Part shown: one piece after another, positions 39,213 to 47,833 of the stretch | Numbering within the stretch: the stretch's first letter is position 1 | Layout: the number at the start of each line of letters is the position of its first letter | Assembly (NCBI GenBank): GCA_023267435.1 | Contig: JAHFNH010000003.1 | Coordinates: 12,717 to 76,716 of the forward strand | Source of the DNA: Candidatus Nomurabacteria bacterium | GTDB lineage: Bacteria > Patescibacteriota > Minisyncoccia > Phycocordibacterales > UBA9973 | DNA length: 64,000 nt | Reading direction: 5' to 3' | Program-made: the position numbers and the translations under genes | The notes under the pieces: model-generated | What the model saw: only the letters and a program-made list of their open reading frames with translations | Databases searched by the model: none | What the model was told of the DNA's origin: nothing

Positions 39213-39677
39213 TTAAGAAACAGTAATCCCCTCCTCTTTTAGAGTCTTTTCTATGCGAAAAATAAGAAAACCAATTCTGCCCAACATTATTCCAGCAATA
39301 AGACTCGAGGTGAAAGCGGTCAATAATACTCCACGAAACCAATGTTCTAAAATTCTTTCTCTAAATAATGTAAAAAGAAGATAAGGCAATAAAAAAGAGA
39401 CGCCCATTTTATCCATGCGAGAAACAACTTTTTTATTTTCTGGATGCCAATGAACAGAAGAAATTCGTCCTGTTGCGATGCCTATGCCAATACCAATTAA
39501 AAATCCTACACTAGCCAAAAATATACCGATCTCATTTTCAAAAACGTTGTAAGAAATAAGAGAAATCATAACAAAAAAAATAACAGCAAAATAAGCTAAT
39601 CTTATTTTCAGATCCCTGTGTAAATGCCTTCGAGCTATGTTATGATGTTTTTTAATTTTTTTAAATAATACTTTCAT
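39213..39677 (-). CDS. Small four-TM membrane protein
   Basis: Four hydrophobic segments; overlaps the MFS stop. Confidence 0.7.
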   Translation of the reverse strand: MKVLFKKIKKHHNIARRHLHRDLKIRLAYFAVIFFVMISLISYNVFENEIGIFLASVGFLIGIGIGIATGRISSVHWHPENKKVVSRMDKMGVSFLLPYLLFTLFRERILEHWFRGVLLTAFTSSLIAGIMLGRIGFLIFRIEKTLKEEGITVS

Positions 39678-40851
39678 TTTTTTTAATCATTCTAGGTTGC
39701 AGAAAAATAAAGACACACAATGCGACAAGTGTCGTTATTACCGCGAAACCGAAAGCATAAGTTGGATGCAACAACCACAATGCTCCGGCAATTACTGAAG
39801 CCGGCAAATATATCAAACCATTTACAAAATTCAACATTCCTATCGCTGTCGCTCTTCTGTCTTTTTCTAAGTCAGTCACAAATGCTTTGCTTTGTGCTTC
39901 ATCGATACTGTAAAAAATTCCAAACAATATAAATAAAGCTATTACTTCCCATTTATGCGTCGCAAACACAAAACCTAGTGACATCAAAGCGTATATGATA
40001 TAACCCAGTATAATTATATACTTTCTGCCAATAAAGTCCCCCAGCTTGCCTATCGGAGCTGAAACAATAACGAAACTAATATTAAATAATGCGTAAAGCA
40101 AAACTACATCCTTAATCGCAAAACCGAGAGTATAGGCTCGAAGTAAAAGAAAACCGAAACTAAAATATGCTAGAGAAAAAATTCCAGCTGGAATAAGATA
40201 GAATTTAAATTCCTTACTCAATGTCCCCCATGCTTTAAAAATATTTTCTCTCTCGTGCGGTGTGCCGGGATGATCATCCATTAATGAAAGAATAATAACA
40301 GCAATCACTGCCGAAATAGCCGCCATAATAAAAAGAATACGAAAAGCGTGCATATTCGTGCCGAAGTGATTTAATAAAAGATAAGCAACAATCGGACCTA
40401 GTATTGCTCCTGATTTGTCTAGTGCTTTATGCACACCGAAAGCGTATCCCCTATTGGATTCTTCGGCGACAGAAGAAAGCCAAGCATCTCTCGGTGGACC
40501 ACGGAAACTTTTTCCTAAACGTTCAATAATTCTAAACGAAGCAACAGCTGAAACTGAAGTAATGACGAGTAATAATATTTTTGCTAAAGTTGAAAAACCG
40601 TAACCGAGAATGGTTAAAGGTTTTCTTTTGCCAGACCTATCAGAAAGCCAACCAGCAAAATAATCCAATGATGATGCAAAAAAATCTGAAAAACCTTCCA
40701 CAAGGCCAAGCAATGCCGAAGAAGCACCGAGTACTACTGTAAAAAATATCGAGAATACTGAAAAAATAGCCTCTGAACTGACATCAGTAAAAAAGCTGAC
40801 AATACCAAGCTTCAATACATCCGGGTGAACATTAAATAATCTTTTTTTCAT
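39661..40851 (-). CDS. MFS transporter
   Basis: GWLSDRSGKRK, RGPPRDA, GKLGDFIGRK; about 12 TM segments. Confidence 0.93.
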   Translation of the reverse strand: MKKRLFNVHPDVLKLGIVSFFTDVSSEAIFSVFSIFFTVVLGASSALLGLVEGFSDFFASSLDYFAGWLSDRSGKRKPLTILGYGFSTLAKILLLVITSVSAVASFRIIERLGKSFRGPPRDAWLSSVAEESNRGYAFGVHKALDKSGAILGPIVAYLLLNHFGTNMHAFRILFIMAAISAVIAVIILSLMDDHPGTPHERENIFKAWGTLSKEFKFYLIPAGIFSLAYFSFGFLLLRAYTLGFAIKDVVLLYALFNISFVIVSAPIGKLGDFIGRKYIIILGYIIYALMSLGFVFATHKWEVIALFILFGIFYSIDEAQSKAFVTDLEKDRRATAIGMLNFVNGLIYLPASVIAGALWLLHPTYAFGFAVITTLVALCVFIFLQPRMIKKNESII

Positions 40852-40866
40852 GCTGTTCTAAATTAA

Positions 40867-42057
40867 TTACAGATTAGATATTCGTTCACCGAATTTCAAA
40901 CTATATGCTTTGTTTTGGTATCTCTTAGTAATTACGTAATTCATAAGCCAAGTTATACAAAACAAAATAGCAAAATATATTGCCCCTGCTTTACTTATTC
41001 GAGGTAGATTATTTGCAGACAAATAACCTAATATTCCTGAAATAACTCCAATACTTGTAATTGTTTGCAAAGTTTTTAAATTGTTGCTTGTGCTTTGATT
41101 TTTTATTTCCACCAGATTGCTGATCGCGGAAGAAAGATAATCAGCAGTCATTTTCCAAATCTCCTTGATATAAGAAAGAGTATCTGTCAGCGTTTCAAAC
41201 TTATATTCAAAAAGAGCCACTAATTCTTTTTCAATTTCAAGATGCTTGGCAATAGAAGAACGCGTACTAATATAAGAATTCATTTGATTGATTCTGTTGC
41301 TGATAAGGCTGATTGTCTTTTGATATCCATCAAGCTTGCCTCTTATATCATCTACATCTTTTCCTTTAATATTTTTTGCTTCTTTTATGCCGGAAATCTC
41401 TTCCCAAATTGTTCTATGGATATGTAAATATTTCTCAAGCTGATCTTTGAATTCTCGAAAGAAAATCTGCATCTCAATTAGATCATTCAAGTATTTGCCA
41501 GCTTCTTTCGGAGCGGAAATAAAGATATATTGCGGAGTTTTATAAACAGTTATGCCACCGCTTGAAATTTTGGTATAAATTTCGCCAAACAAAGATTCAT
41601 CTAAAACAAAATCTTTATCTTTTTCATTTAAAAAAGAAACTGCGACAGGATGGTCTGTCTTTATGTTTGCCAGTACCTTTGGAGTCGGAGCACCGAGAGA
41701 AAAAATATATGAAATTGCCGGACTAAGTTTTTCCTGAAAATATTTCTCCAGCATATCTTGGGCAGCAGAAATATTTTCAGAAAAAATTTCTAAAATATAA
41801 AGCCCATCTTCATAATATCGAATCTCTATTCCAGAAGATGTTATTGCTTTTATATATTCAAAATATCCGGATTCGCGGGAAACACTGGTCAGATCAAGAT
41901 TTTTCTGAATTTTTTTTAATTCTTCCTTTGATAAATTTAAATTTGAAGTACCATGCATGAACAAACTGTATATCTCGCTTAAATGCAAAGTTGTCCGTTG
42001 ATACCAACCTCCATAAGTTACCTTGTATTTATTTTTTGAAACAGCTTTTGTTTTCAT
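40867..42057 (-). CDS. Hypothetical protein with a large soluble helical domain and two C-terminal TM segments (CorA-like architecture)
   Basis: Topology inferred from sequence; no GMN motif. Confidence 0.7.
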   Translation of the reverse strand: MKTKAVSKNKYKVTYGGWYQRTTLHLSEIYSLFMHGTSNLNLSKEELKKIQKNLDLTSVSRESGYFEYIKAITSSGIEIRYYEDGLYILEIFSENISAAQDMLEKYFQEKLSPAISYIFSLGAPTPKVLANIKTDHPVAVSFLNEKDKDFVLDESLFGEIYTKISSGGITVYKTPQYIFISAPKEAGKYLNDLIEMQIFFREFKDQLEKYLHIHRTIWEEISGIKEAKNIKGKDVDDIRGKLDGYQKTISLISNRINQMNSYISTRSSIAKHLEIEKELVALFEYKFETLTDTLSYIKEIWKMTADYLSSAISNLVEIKNQSTSNNLKTLQTITSIGVISGILGYLSANNLPRISKAGAIYFAILFCITWLMNYVITKRYQNKAYSLKFGERISNL

Positions 42058-42080
42058 AAATTTATTATAACATAAAACTT

Positions 42081-42458
42081 TTATTCAATTCTTAAGAAGA
42101 AACCGTCACAATTTATATCTTTACAATTACATAATATTTTAATACCTTCGATTTCTGTCAGATTATAATTCACTGTAATTTCTTCTCCCTCTTTTATTTC
42201 CTTAACAGATTTTAAAAATGGCTCTATTTCATTGGTAATTAATTGTGCATTAGGATTACACGAATGATTAATCCAATTCAAAACATTTGGGTCATTTACC
42301 CATCCTAATCTCCCAATCTTTGCCCAATGTGGTTGTGGTTGATATGAAATGTCACTAATGGGAATAAAATAAAATTTCTCATCTTCATTTATTTCTTTTT
42401 CAGAAAAAACACCACTACCTTGTATTTTAGATGGTCTAATTTTTAGAAATTGATGCAT
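42081..42458 (-). CDS. SET-domain protein (lysine methyltransferase family)
   Basis: SKIQGSGVF, INHSCNPN, IKEGEEITVNY, post-SET CNCKDINC. Confidence 0.9.
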   Translation of the reverse strand: MHQFLKIRPSKIQGSGVFSEKEINEDEKFYFIPISDISYQPQPHWAKIGRLGWVNDPNVLNWINHSCNPNAQLITNEIEPFLKSVKEIKEGEEITVNYNLTEIEGIKILCNCKDINCDGFFLRIE

Positions 42459-43104
42459 ATTTATTTAAAGTTTCTTTAATAAGCAAATCAAAAGTATCTA
42501 TCTTTTTAATATCTTTCCAATCATTAAGGATTAGTGAAAGCTCAGTGCATGCAACTAAAATATATTCCGCTTGATTATAATATTTGTCTATCAAAGATAC
42601 TAACCAGACTTTTTGTTCTTGGCTTATATTTCCTGCATTATATTGATTAATAATCTCCCCCATTTTTTGTTTTTCTGTTGATTGAAGTTGTATGATTTTA
42701 TCACCACTCAAATCAAAAAGTTTTTCTTCAATAGAATTTGGGCTAGCTAAGAAAAGAATCCTATTCTCTCCCAACCGATTTTTTACATTTGAACTTATAT
42801 CTAAAATAGGCTTGTTAATCTTAGTATTAAAATAATTCAGATAAATAAATGCTGTATTGCAAACCACAACAATAAAATCACTCTCTTTTTCTAAAAATTT
42901 TATGCCTTCAATATATACACCCAATTTCTGTTCATTTTCTCCTGAAGTTAATTCAGGTGCTGGAATACTATTTATTATAATTCTTGGAAATTCAATATTA
43001 TTTACTGGATGAAACTTTTCCTTGAAAGAAGAAATGAATTTTTCATAGAAAACAGCAGATGATTCAGGTCCAATACCTCCAAGAATTCCTATTGTTTTAG
43101 ACAT
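42436..43104 (-). CDS. Aspartate/glutamate racemase family protein
   Basis: IGILGGIGPES, CNTA, ACTELS (both catalytic Cys present). Confidence 0.9.
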   Translation of the reverse strand: MSKTIGILGGIGPESSAVFYEKFISSFKEKFHPVNNIEFPRIIINSIPAPELTSGENEQKLGVYIEGIKFLEKESDFIVVVCNTAFIYLNYFNTKINKPILDISSNVKNRLGENRILFLASPNSIEEKLFDLSGDKIIQLQSTEKQKMGEIINQYNAGNISQEQKVWLVSLIDKYYNQAEYILVACTELSLILNDWKDIKKIDTFDLLIKETLNKYASISKN

Positions 43105-43162
43105 AAAGAAATTATACCAATATAGAATTAAAAAGTCCTTGTGTTAAATACATAGGAGTTTC

Positions 43163-43489
43163 CTATGTATTCTTGCGGAAGCCTTGCTTCCGCAAAATAT
43201 AAACCTCAATCAAGGTAGCCACAATCATAAATACAAGAATCATCCAAATTAATTCCTCTATAACGCTTGGACCCAATATTGGACCAAAAGTTTTCACATA
43301 ATTCATTGACCAAGCTCCTAACATGACTGCTCTTATATCAATAATAAAAAATAACAATCCGCCCAATGCTCCAGAAATAAGAATAAATTTCCAATGGGCA
43401 AAAATAACTTTTCTAAACAAAATAAACCATAAAATAATAACTGGAGTAAAAAACAAAGCGTCTAAAATAAAATATGTCCATTTATCCAT
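43163..43489 (-). CDS. Lycopene-cyclase-domain-like membrane protein
   Basis: Three TM segments; D..A...GAW...G.....EELIW pattern. Confidence 0.65.
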   Translation of the reverse strand: MDKWTYFILDALFFTPVIILWFILFRKVIFAHWKFILISGALGGLLFFIIDIRAVMLGAWSMNYVKTFGPILGPSVIEELIWMILVFMIVATLIEVYILRKQGFRKNT

Positions 43490-43793
43490 AAATTTTTCTT
43501 CGTAATAACAAAAGAATAATTACGACCTCTTGGGGAAAAGTAAACAATATTAAATATTCTTCCAAAGGTAATCCAAACAAAGAATATCCGAGCGTGTTTT
43601 TATAATACCAAATATGCCAAAATACACTGCCAACAATATCAAAAAAGAAACCCCATAAAAATGCACCGATGGTTATAAAAATAATAAGTTTCCAATATTT
43701 TTTTAAATACTGAAAATTAAATATCCAAAGAATTACAGATGGGATAAAAACAAAAATTGTGAGCCAAGCTAAATAAGGATAATTAAATGACAT
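43482..43793 (-). CDS. Lycopene-cyclase-domain-like membrane protein
   Basis: Three TM segments; D......IW.Y...LG..LFGLPLEEY motif. Confidence 0.72.
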   Translation of the reverse strand: MSFNYPYLAWLTIFVFIPSVILWIFNFQYLKKYWKLIIFITIGAFLWGFFFDIVGSVFWHIWYYKNTLGYSLFGLPLEEYLILFTFPQEVVIILLLLRRKIYG

Positions 43794-43802
43794 AATGTTT
43801 TA

Positions 43803-44465
43803 TTATTTACTCTTTTGCTTCCATTCTTCTATTTTCTTATGATCTCCGGAAAGTAAAACTTTGGGAACTTTATATTTTTTTCCTTTGAATTCTAAAACTT
43901 CCGGACGAGTATAAAACTCACTCGATGAAATGCGATTTTCTTCTAGTGACTCAATTTTGCCTAAAACTCCCGGAATCTGGCGAGACATACAATCAACTAA
44001 AATCATCGCAGGTAGTTCACCGCCAGTCAAAACATAATCCCCTATGGAAATATCTTCTGCTTTAAAAATTTTGTTTACTCGCGCATCAATGCCTTCATAA
44101 CGGCCAGAAATTAAAATAATGTCAGTGTATTTTTTGACAGAATTTTTCGCATAAGCTGTGTCGAACTTTTTGCCTGATGGGCAGAAATTTATTATTTTAA
44201 CTTTCGCTTTTTTATTTCTTTTAATTTTTATGAGAGCTTTATCAATAGCTTTCAGTATAGGCTCAGCGCGCATAACCATCCCTGGTCCACCGCCATAAGG
44301 TCGGTCATCTACCGGTCGGTAATTATTCTTAGGCGCTTTGATAAAATCGCGAGGATTGTAAAAAGAGACACTAACAAGCTTATTTTTAATAGCCCGCCCA
44401 ACAATAGACTCATTCAAATATGAATCAAAGATATAGGGAAAGATTGTAATTACATGAAAGCGCAT
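43803..44465 (-). CDS. trmD: tRNA (guanine37-N1)-methyltransferase
   Basis: VDDRPYGGGPGMV, GRYEGIDAR, SIGDYVLTGGE, VPKVLLSGDH; start at ATG 44465. Confidence 0.97.
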   Translation of the reverse strand: MRFHVITIFPYIFDSYLNESIVGRAIKNKLVSVSFYNPRDFIKAPKNNYRPVDDRPYGGGPGMVMRAEPILKAIDKALIKIKRNKKAKVKIINFCPSGKKFDTAYAKNSVKKYTDIILISGRYEGIDARVNKIFKAEDISIGDYVLTGGELPAMILVDCMSRQIPGVLGKIESLEENRISSSEFYTRPEVLEFKGKKYKVPKVLLSGDHKKIEEWKQKSK

Positions 44466-44532
44466 AAACGCATAATACCACAAACAAAAACACCCCGCAT
44501 GCGGAGTGCTTTTTAAAGTTCAATATATTCTT

Positions 44533-44799
44533 TTACTTCTCATTAACAGGACCAAACCATCCCTCTTTACCAATTAACTTCCCTGCTTCACCCTGACCAA
44601 TTTCGTATTTATCCATTAGAAACCTCATTTTTGCAGAAGCACTTATACGATTTTCCTTTCCAGTATCAAATAAATCAGAAGTTTTTTTCATAAATTCTAT
44701 AGCTTGTTCTTTACTAGTTATAGATTGAATCTCGGGGTCTTTAGAAAGAGAAGTCTTGTCTATTGGTGACTTATAAACATATGGTTTTTCTTGTGACAT
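44533..44799 (-). CDS. Hypothetical protein
   Basis: 88-aa ORF with a TTGACG...TATAAT promoter upstream and a hairpin at 44486-44514 downstream. Confidence 0.55.
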   Translation of the reverse strand: MSQEKPYVYKSPIDKTSLSKDPEIQSITSKEQAIEFMKKTSDLFDTGKENRISASAKMRFLMDKYEIGQGEAGKLIGKEGWFGPVNEK

Positions 44800-44862
44800 A
44801 ATTTTGTAAATTTATTATAATAATGTTTCAATTATACTCTTTTTACAAACAACCGTCAACAA

Positions 44863-44900
44863 CAAAACAGCCCCGTCGCCTAAGGCGACGGGGCTGTTTT
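44863..44900 (-). terminator. Intrinsic terminator after khpA
   Basis: aaaacagccccgtcgcc-taa-ggcgacggggctgtttt. Confidence 0.85.
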
Positions 44901-44910
44901 TAATTACGAT

Positions 44911-45231
44911 TTATATTCCTTTCAAGTCTTCCATAGCTTGGTCAACAGTTTTTGTTGAACTTGAGCTTGGAGCTGGTCTGGTACTTCCTTCTGGTTCGTT
45001 GATCTTTAAGTTCACGCGAGCGTTATTCTTCATTCCGATAACTCTTAGAAGAGTGCGGATAGCTTTTGCAGTGTTTCCCATTCTTCCGATGATCTTGCCC
45101 ATGTCGGCAGGATTTACAGTAAGACTGATAAGTACACCCATTTCATCGACAGTGCGATCGAGTTTTACATCGTTCGGATTATCAACTAAAGCCTTTACTA
45201 CGTATTCTAAAAATGCTTTGTCAGCGTCCAT
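44911..45231 (-). CDS. khpA: KH-domain RNA-binding protein KhpA
   Basis: DMGKIIGRMGNTAKAIRTLL; lies between rpsP and trmD. Confidence 0.9.
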   Translation of the reverse strand: MDADKAFLEYVVKALVDNPNDVKLDRTVDEMGVLISLTVNPADMGKIIGRMGNTAKAIRTLLRVIGMKNNARVNLKINEPEGSTRPAPSSSSTKTVDQAMEDLKGI

Positions 45232-45327
45232 AATATTCTGATATCAACTATTTTTAATATTGCAGTGTTCCCGACTAAAAGAAACTGCTTCAACAATTAT
45301 ATACAACCTGCCTGTAGCAAGCAAGTA

Positions 45328-45633
45328 TTATTTCTTCTTTAATTCCTTTCTCTTAACAGTAGGAGTCTTCTTAGGCAAAACATTTTTCTTCTTGCCTTCG
45401 ATGACTTTCTGGTGCACTAAGAAATTGTGCAGTGTATCAGAAAGCTGTGCTCCTTTTGACATCCAGTACTTGATTCTATCAGCCTTGAAATTTGTCTCTC
45501 CGGCTTTAGGATTGTAAGTACCGACGATTTCCAAGAACTTTCCGCTCTTGGTACTGTTCTTTGAGTCAGTCAAAACTGCCCGAAAAGCTGGGTCGTTCTT
45601 TCTGCCTATTCTCTGTAATCTTATTTTTAACAT
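45328..45633 (-). CDS. rpsP: 30S ribosomal protein S16
   Basis: MLKIRLQRIGRKNDP, EIVGTYNP, W.SKGAQLSDT. Confidence 0.97.
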   Translation of the reverse strand: MLKIRLQRIGRKNDPAFRAVLTDSKNSTKSGKFLEIVGTYNPKAGETNFKADRIKYWMSKGAQLSDTLHNFLVHQKVIEGKKKNVLPKKTPTVKRKELKKK

Positions 45634-45724
45634 AAAAACAGTCTATCATGATTTATAAAAAATGCAAACAAAAGCTCCTGAATATGCTATATTAAAAGAA
45701 TAAATACAAAAAATACACATTTTT

Positions 45725-47833
45725 ATGAAAAAACAAGCCAAAAAACACAATAAAAACCATAAAACAAATAAAACGAGCAAATATAAGAGTTTCGATAGCA
45801 ATACCACACTTGAGGGAATCATATCTGTCACTGCTAAAGGAACCGGCTATGTAAAAATTACAGACGAAAAAAGAAGTCGCCTCCTCGGCGACCTGCCGGA
45901 GAGGCAGGATCCAGAAATTGATTTCCGACATTTAAACACTGCCCTGCACGGCGATATGGTTGAAATAAAACTACACCCAAAAGGACGCGGCCGACAAACG
46001 GCGGAAGTAGTGAAAATAATTTCACGCGCGAAAATAGGATTCGCGGGAGTTTTGGAAGAAGAAAATAAAATATTTTTCTTAAAGCCGGATGATACTAAAA
46101 TGTACACCGACATTCTCATTCCTGAAAAAATGCTAAATGGCGCAAAGGTTGGACAAAAAGTTTATGTCAAAATAATTTCATGGAAAGATTCACAGAAAGC
46201 ACCTGAAGGAGAAGTAAAAGAAATTCTAGGAGAACCTGGCGACAATGAAACAGAAATGCGCGCGATCGCCATTGAAAAAGGTTTCGGTTTTGAACTATCA
46301 AATAAATCAGAAAAAGAAGCTGAACAAATAAAACACAATGGGATTTCAGAAAAAGATTATGCAGACCGCCGAGATTTTCGAAATGTCCTGACTTTTACCA
46401 TCGATCCATATGATGCGAAAGATTTTGATGATGCAATTTCGTTCCGAAAGCTCCCCTCCTCAAATGAGGAGGGGTTTGGGGGTGGTAATTCAAAGAACCA
46501 CCTCGCCCTATCGGGCACTCCTCCTCAACAAGGAGGAGAAGAATTATATGAAATCGGCATCCATATTGCTGATGTCTCACACTATGTAAAACCTGGCAGC
46601 GAGCTAGATGAACAAGCGAGAGAACGAGGCACATCTGTTTATCTCGTTGATCGTACGATACCCATGCTCCCAGAATCTCTTTCCAATGACCTGTGTTCCC
46701 TAGTACCTGACAAAGACCGTCTCACGATGAGCGCAGTTTTTATAATAGACAAAGATGCAAAAGTAAAAGATCAATGGTTCGGGCGCACTGTGATTCATTC
46801 ACAAAAAAGATTTACTTATGAGGAAGCTGAAGTTTCAATCAACAACCCCACTGCACCGCTTCATACAGAACTTTTTATACTAAATGAATTGGCAAAAAAA
46901 TTTACTAAAGAAAGATTTGCCAAAGGTGCGATATCACTCGACCAAGAAGAAGTAAAATTCGTATTGGATGAAAATTCAGTACCGATAAAGGTTATCAAAA
47001 AAGAACGCGGAGACTCAAACAGACTTATTGAAGAATTCATGCTTTTAGCAAACAAAAAAGTCGCCGAGATAATTTCCAAGAGTGCAAAAAAAGAAGGAAT
47101 CAAAGATGTATTTGTATACAGAGTGCACGATGTACCTAGTAAAGAAAAGACAGAAGATTTGGCTTACTTCTTAAAAGGTTTAGGACACAAAGTTACCTTA
47201 AAAAATGGCGTCATACCATCAGACCAAATAAACAAACTTTTAAAAGATTTAATAGGAAAGGGTGAAAGAGATACTGTGAACCGCGCCGTTATCCGTTCGA
47301 TGGCTAAAGCTATTTACTCTACAAAAAATATCGGCCACTACGGACTAGCTTTTGAATACTATACTCACTTCACTTCCCCTATCCGACGTTATCCCGATGT
47401 TGTCGTACATAGACTTTTGGCAGATTTTCTAGCTGGACATAAAATACAAGGAGAAAAATTAAAAGAATATGCAGAAATTTCTAGAAAAGCTTCCGAACAA
47501 GAAAAACGTGCGTCTGATGCAGAACGTGCATCAATAAAATACAAACAAGTAGAATATATGTCTCTGCGTGTCGGAGAAATATTTGAAGGAGTAATCAGCG
47601 GAGTAAATGAATGGGGCATATACGTAGAAGAGTTAGAAACAAAATGCGAAGGCATGATACGCGTGCGAGATATGAAAGATGATTTTTATATGTTTAATGA
47701 AAAGAAGCTAGAACTTGTCGGACAAAAAAAGAAGAAAAAATATCGCCTCGGTGACCGCATTAAAATAAAAGTTAAACAAGTTGACCTAGAGAAAAAAACC
47801 ATAGATTATGAACTAAATGAATCCAAATCTTAA
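45725..47833 (+). CDS. rnr: Ribonuclease R
   Basis: TIDPYDAKDFDDA, HIADV, IEEFMLLAN, YTHFTSPIRRYPD, C-terminal S1 domain. Confidence 0.96.
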   Translation: MKKQAKKHNKNHKTNKTSKYKSFDSNTTLEGIISVTAKGTGYVKITDEKRSRLLGDLPERQDPEIDFRHLNTALHGDMVEIKLHPKGRGRQTAEVVKIISRAKIGFAGVLEEENKIFFLKPDDTKMYTDILIPEKMLNGAKVGQKVYVKIISWKDSQKAPEGEVKEILGEPGDNETEMRAIAIEKGFGFELSNKSEKEAEQIKHNGISEKDYADRRDFRNVLTFTIDPYDAKDFDDAISFRKLPSSNEEGFGGGNSKNHLALSGTPPQQGGEELYEIGIHIADVSHYVKPGSELDEQARERGTSVYLVDRTIPMLPESLSNDLCSLVPDKDRLTMSAVFIIDKDAKVKDQWFGRTVIHSQKRFTYEEAEVSINNPTAPLHTELFILNELAKKFTKERFAKGAISLDQEEVKFVLDENSVPIKVIKKERGDSNRLIEEFMLLANKKVAEIISKSAKKEGIKDVFVYRVHDVPSKEKTEDLAYFLKGLGHKVTLKNGVIPSDQINKLLKDLIGKGERDTVNRAVIRSMAKAIYSTKNIGHYGLAFEYYTHFTSPIRRYPDVVVHRLLADFLAGHKIQGEKLKEYAEISRKASEQEKRASDAERASIKYKQVEYMSLRVGEIFEGVISGVNEWGIYVEELETKCEGMIRVRDMKDDFYMFNEKKLELVGQKKKKKYRLGDRIKIKVKQVDLEKKTIDYELNESKS
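45876..45908. repeat. Twin-hairpin palindromic element in frame within rnr
   Basis: gtcgcc-tcctc-ggcgac / cctgcc-ggaga-ggcagg; encodes SRLLGDLPERQ. Confidence 0.78.
46451..46538. repeat. Multi-hairpin REP-like element in frame within rnr
   Basis: cccctcctca-aa-tgaggagggg, ggtggt...accacc, gccc-tatc-gggc, ctcctcct-caaca-aggaggag. Confidence 0.8.
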
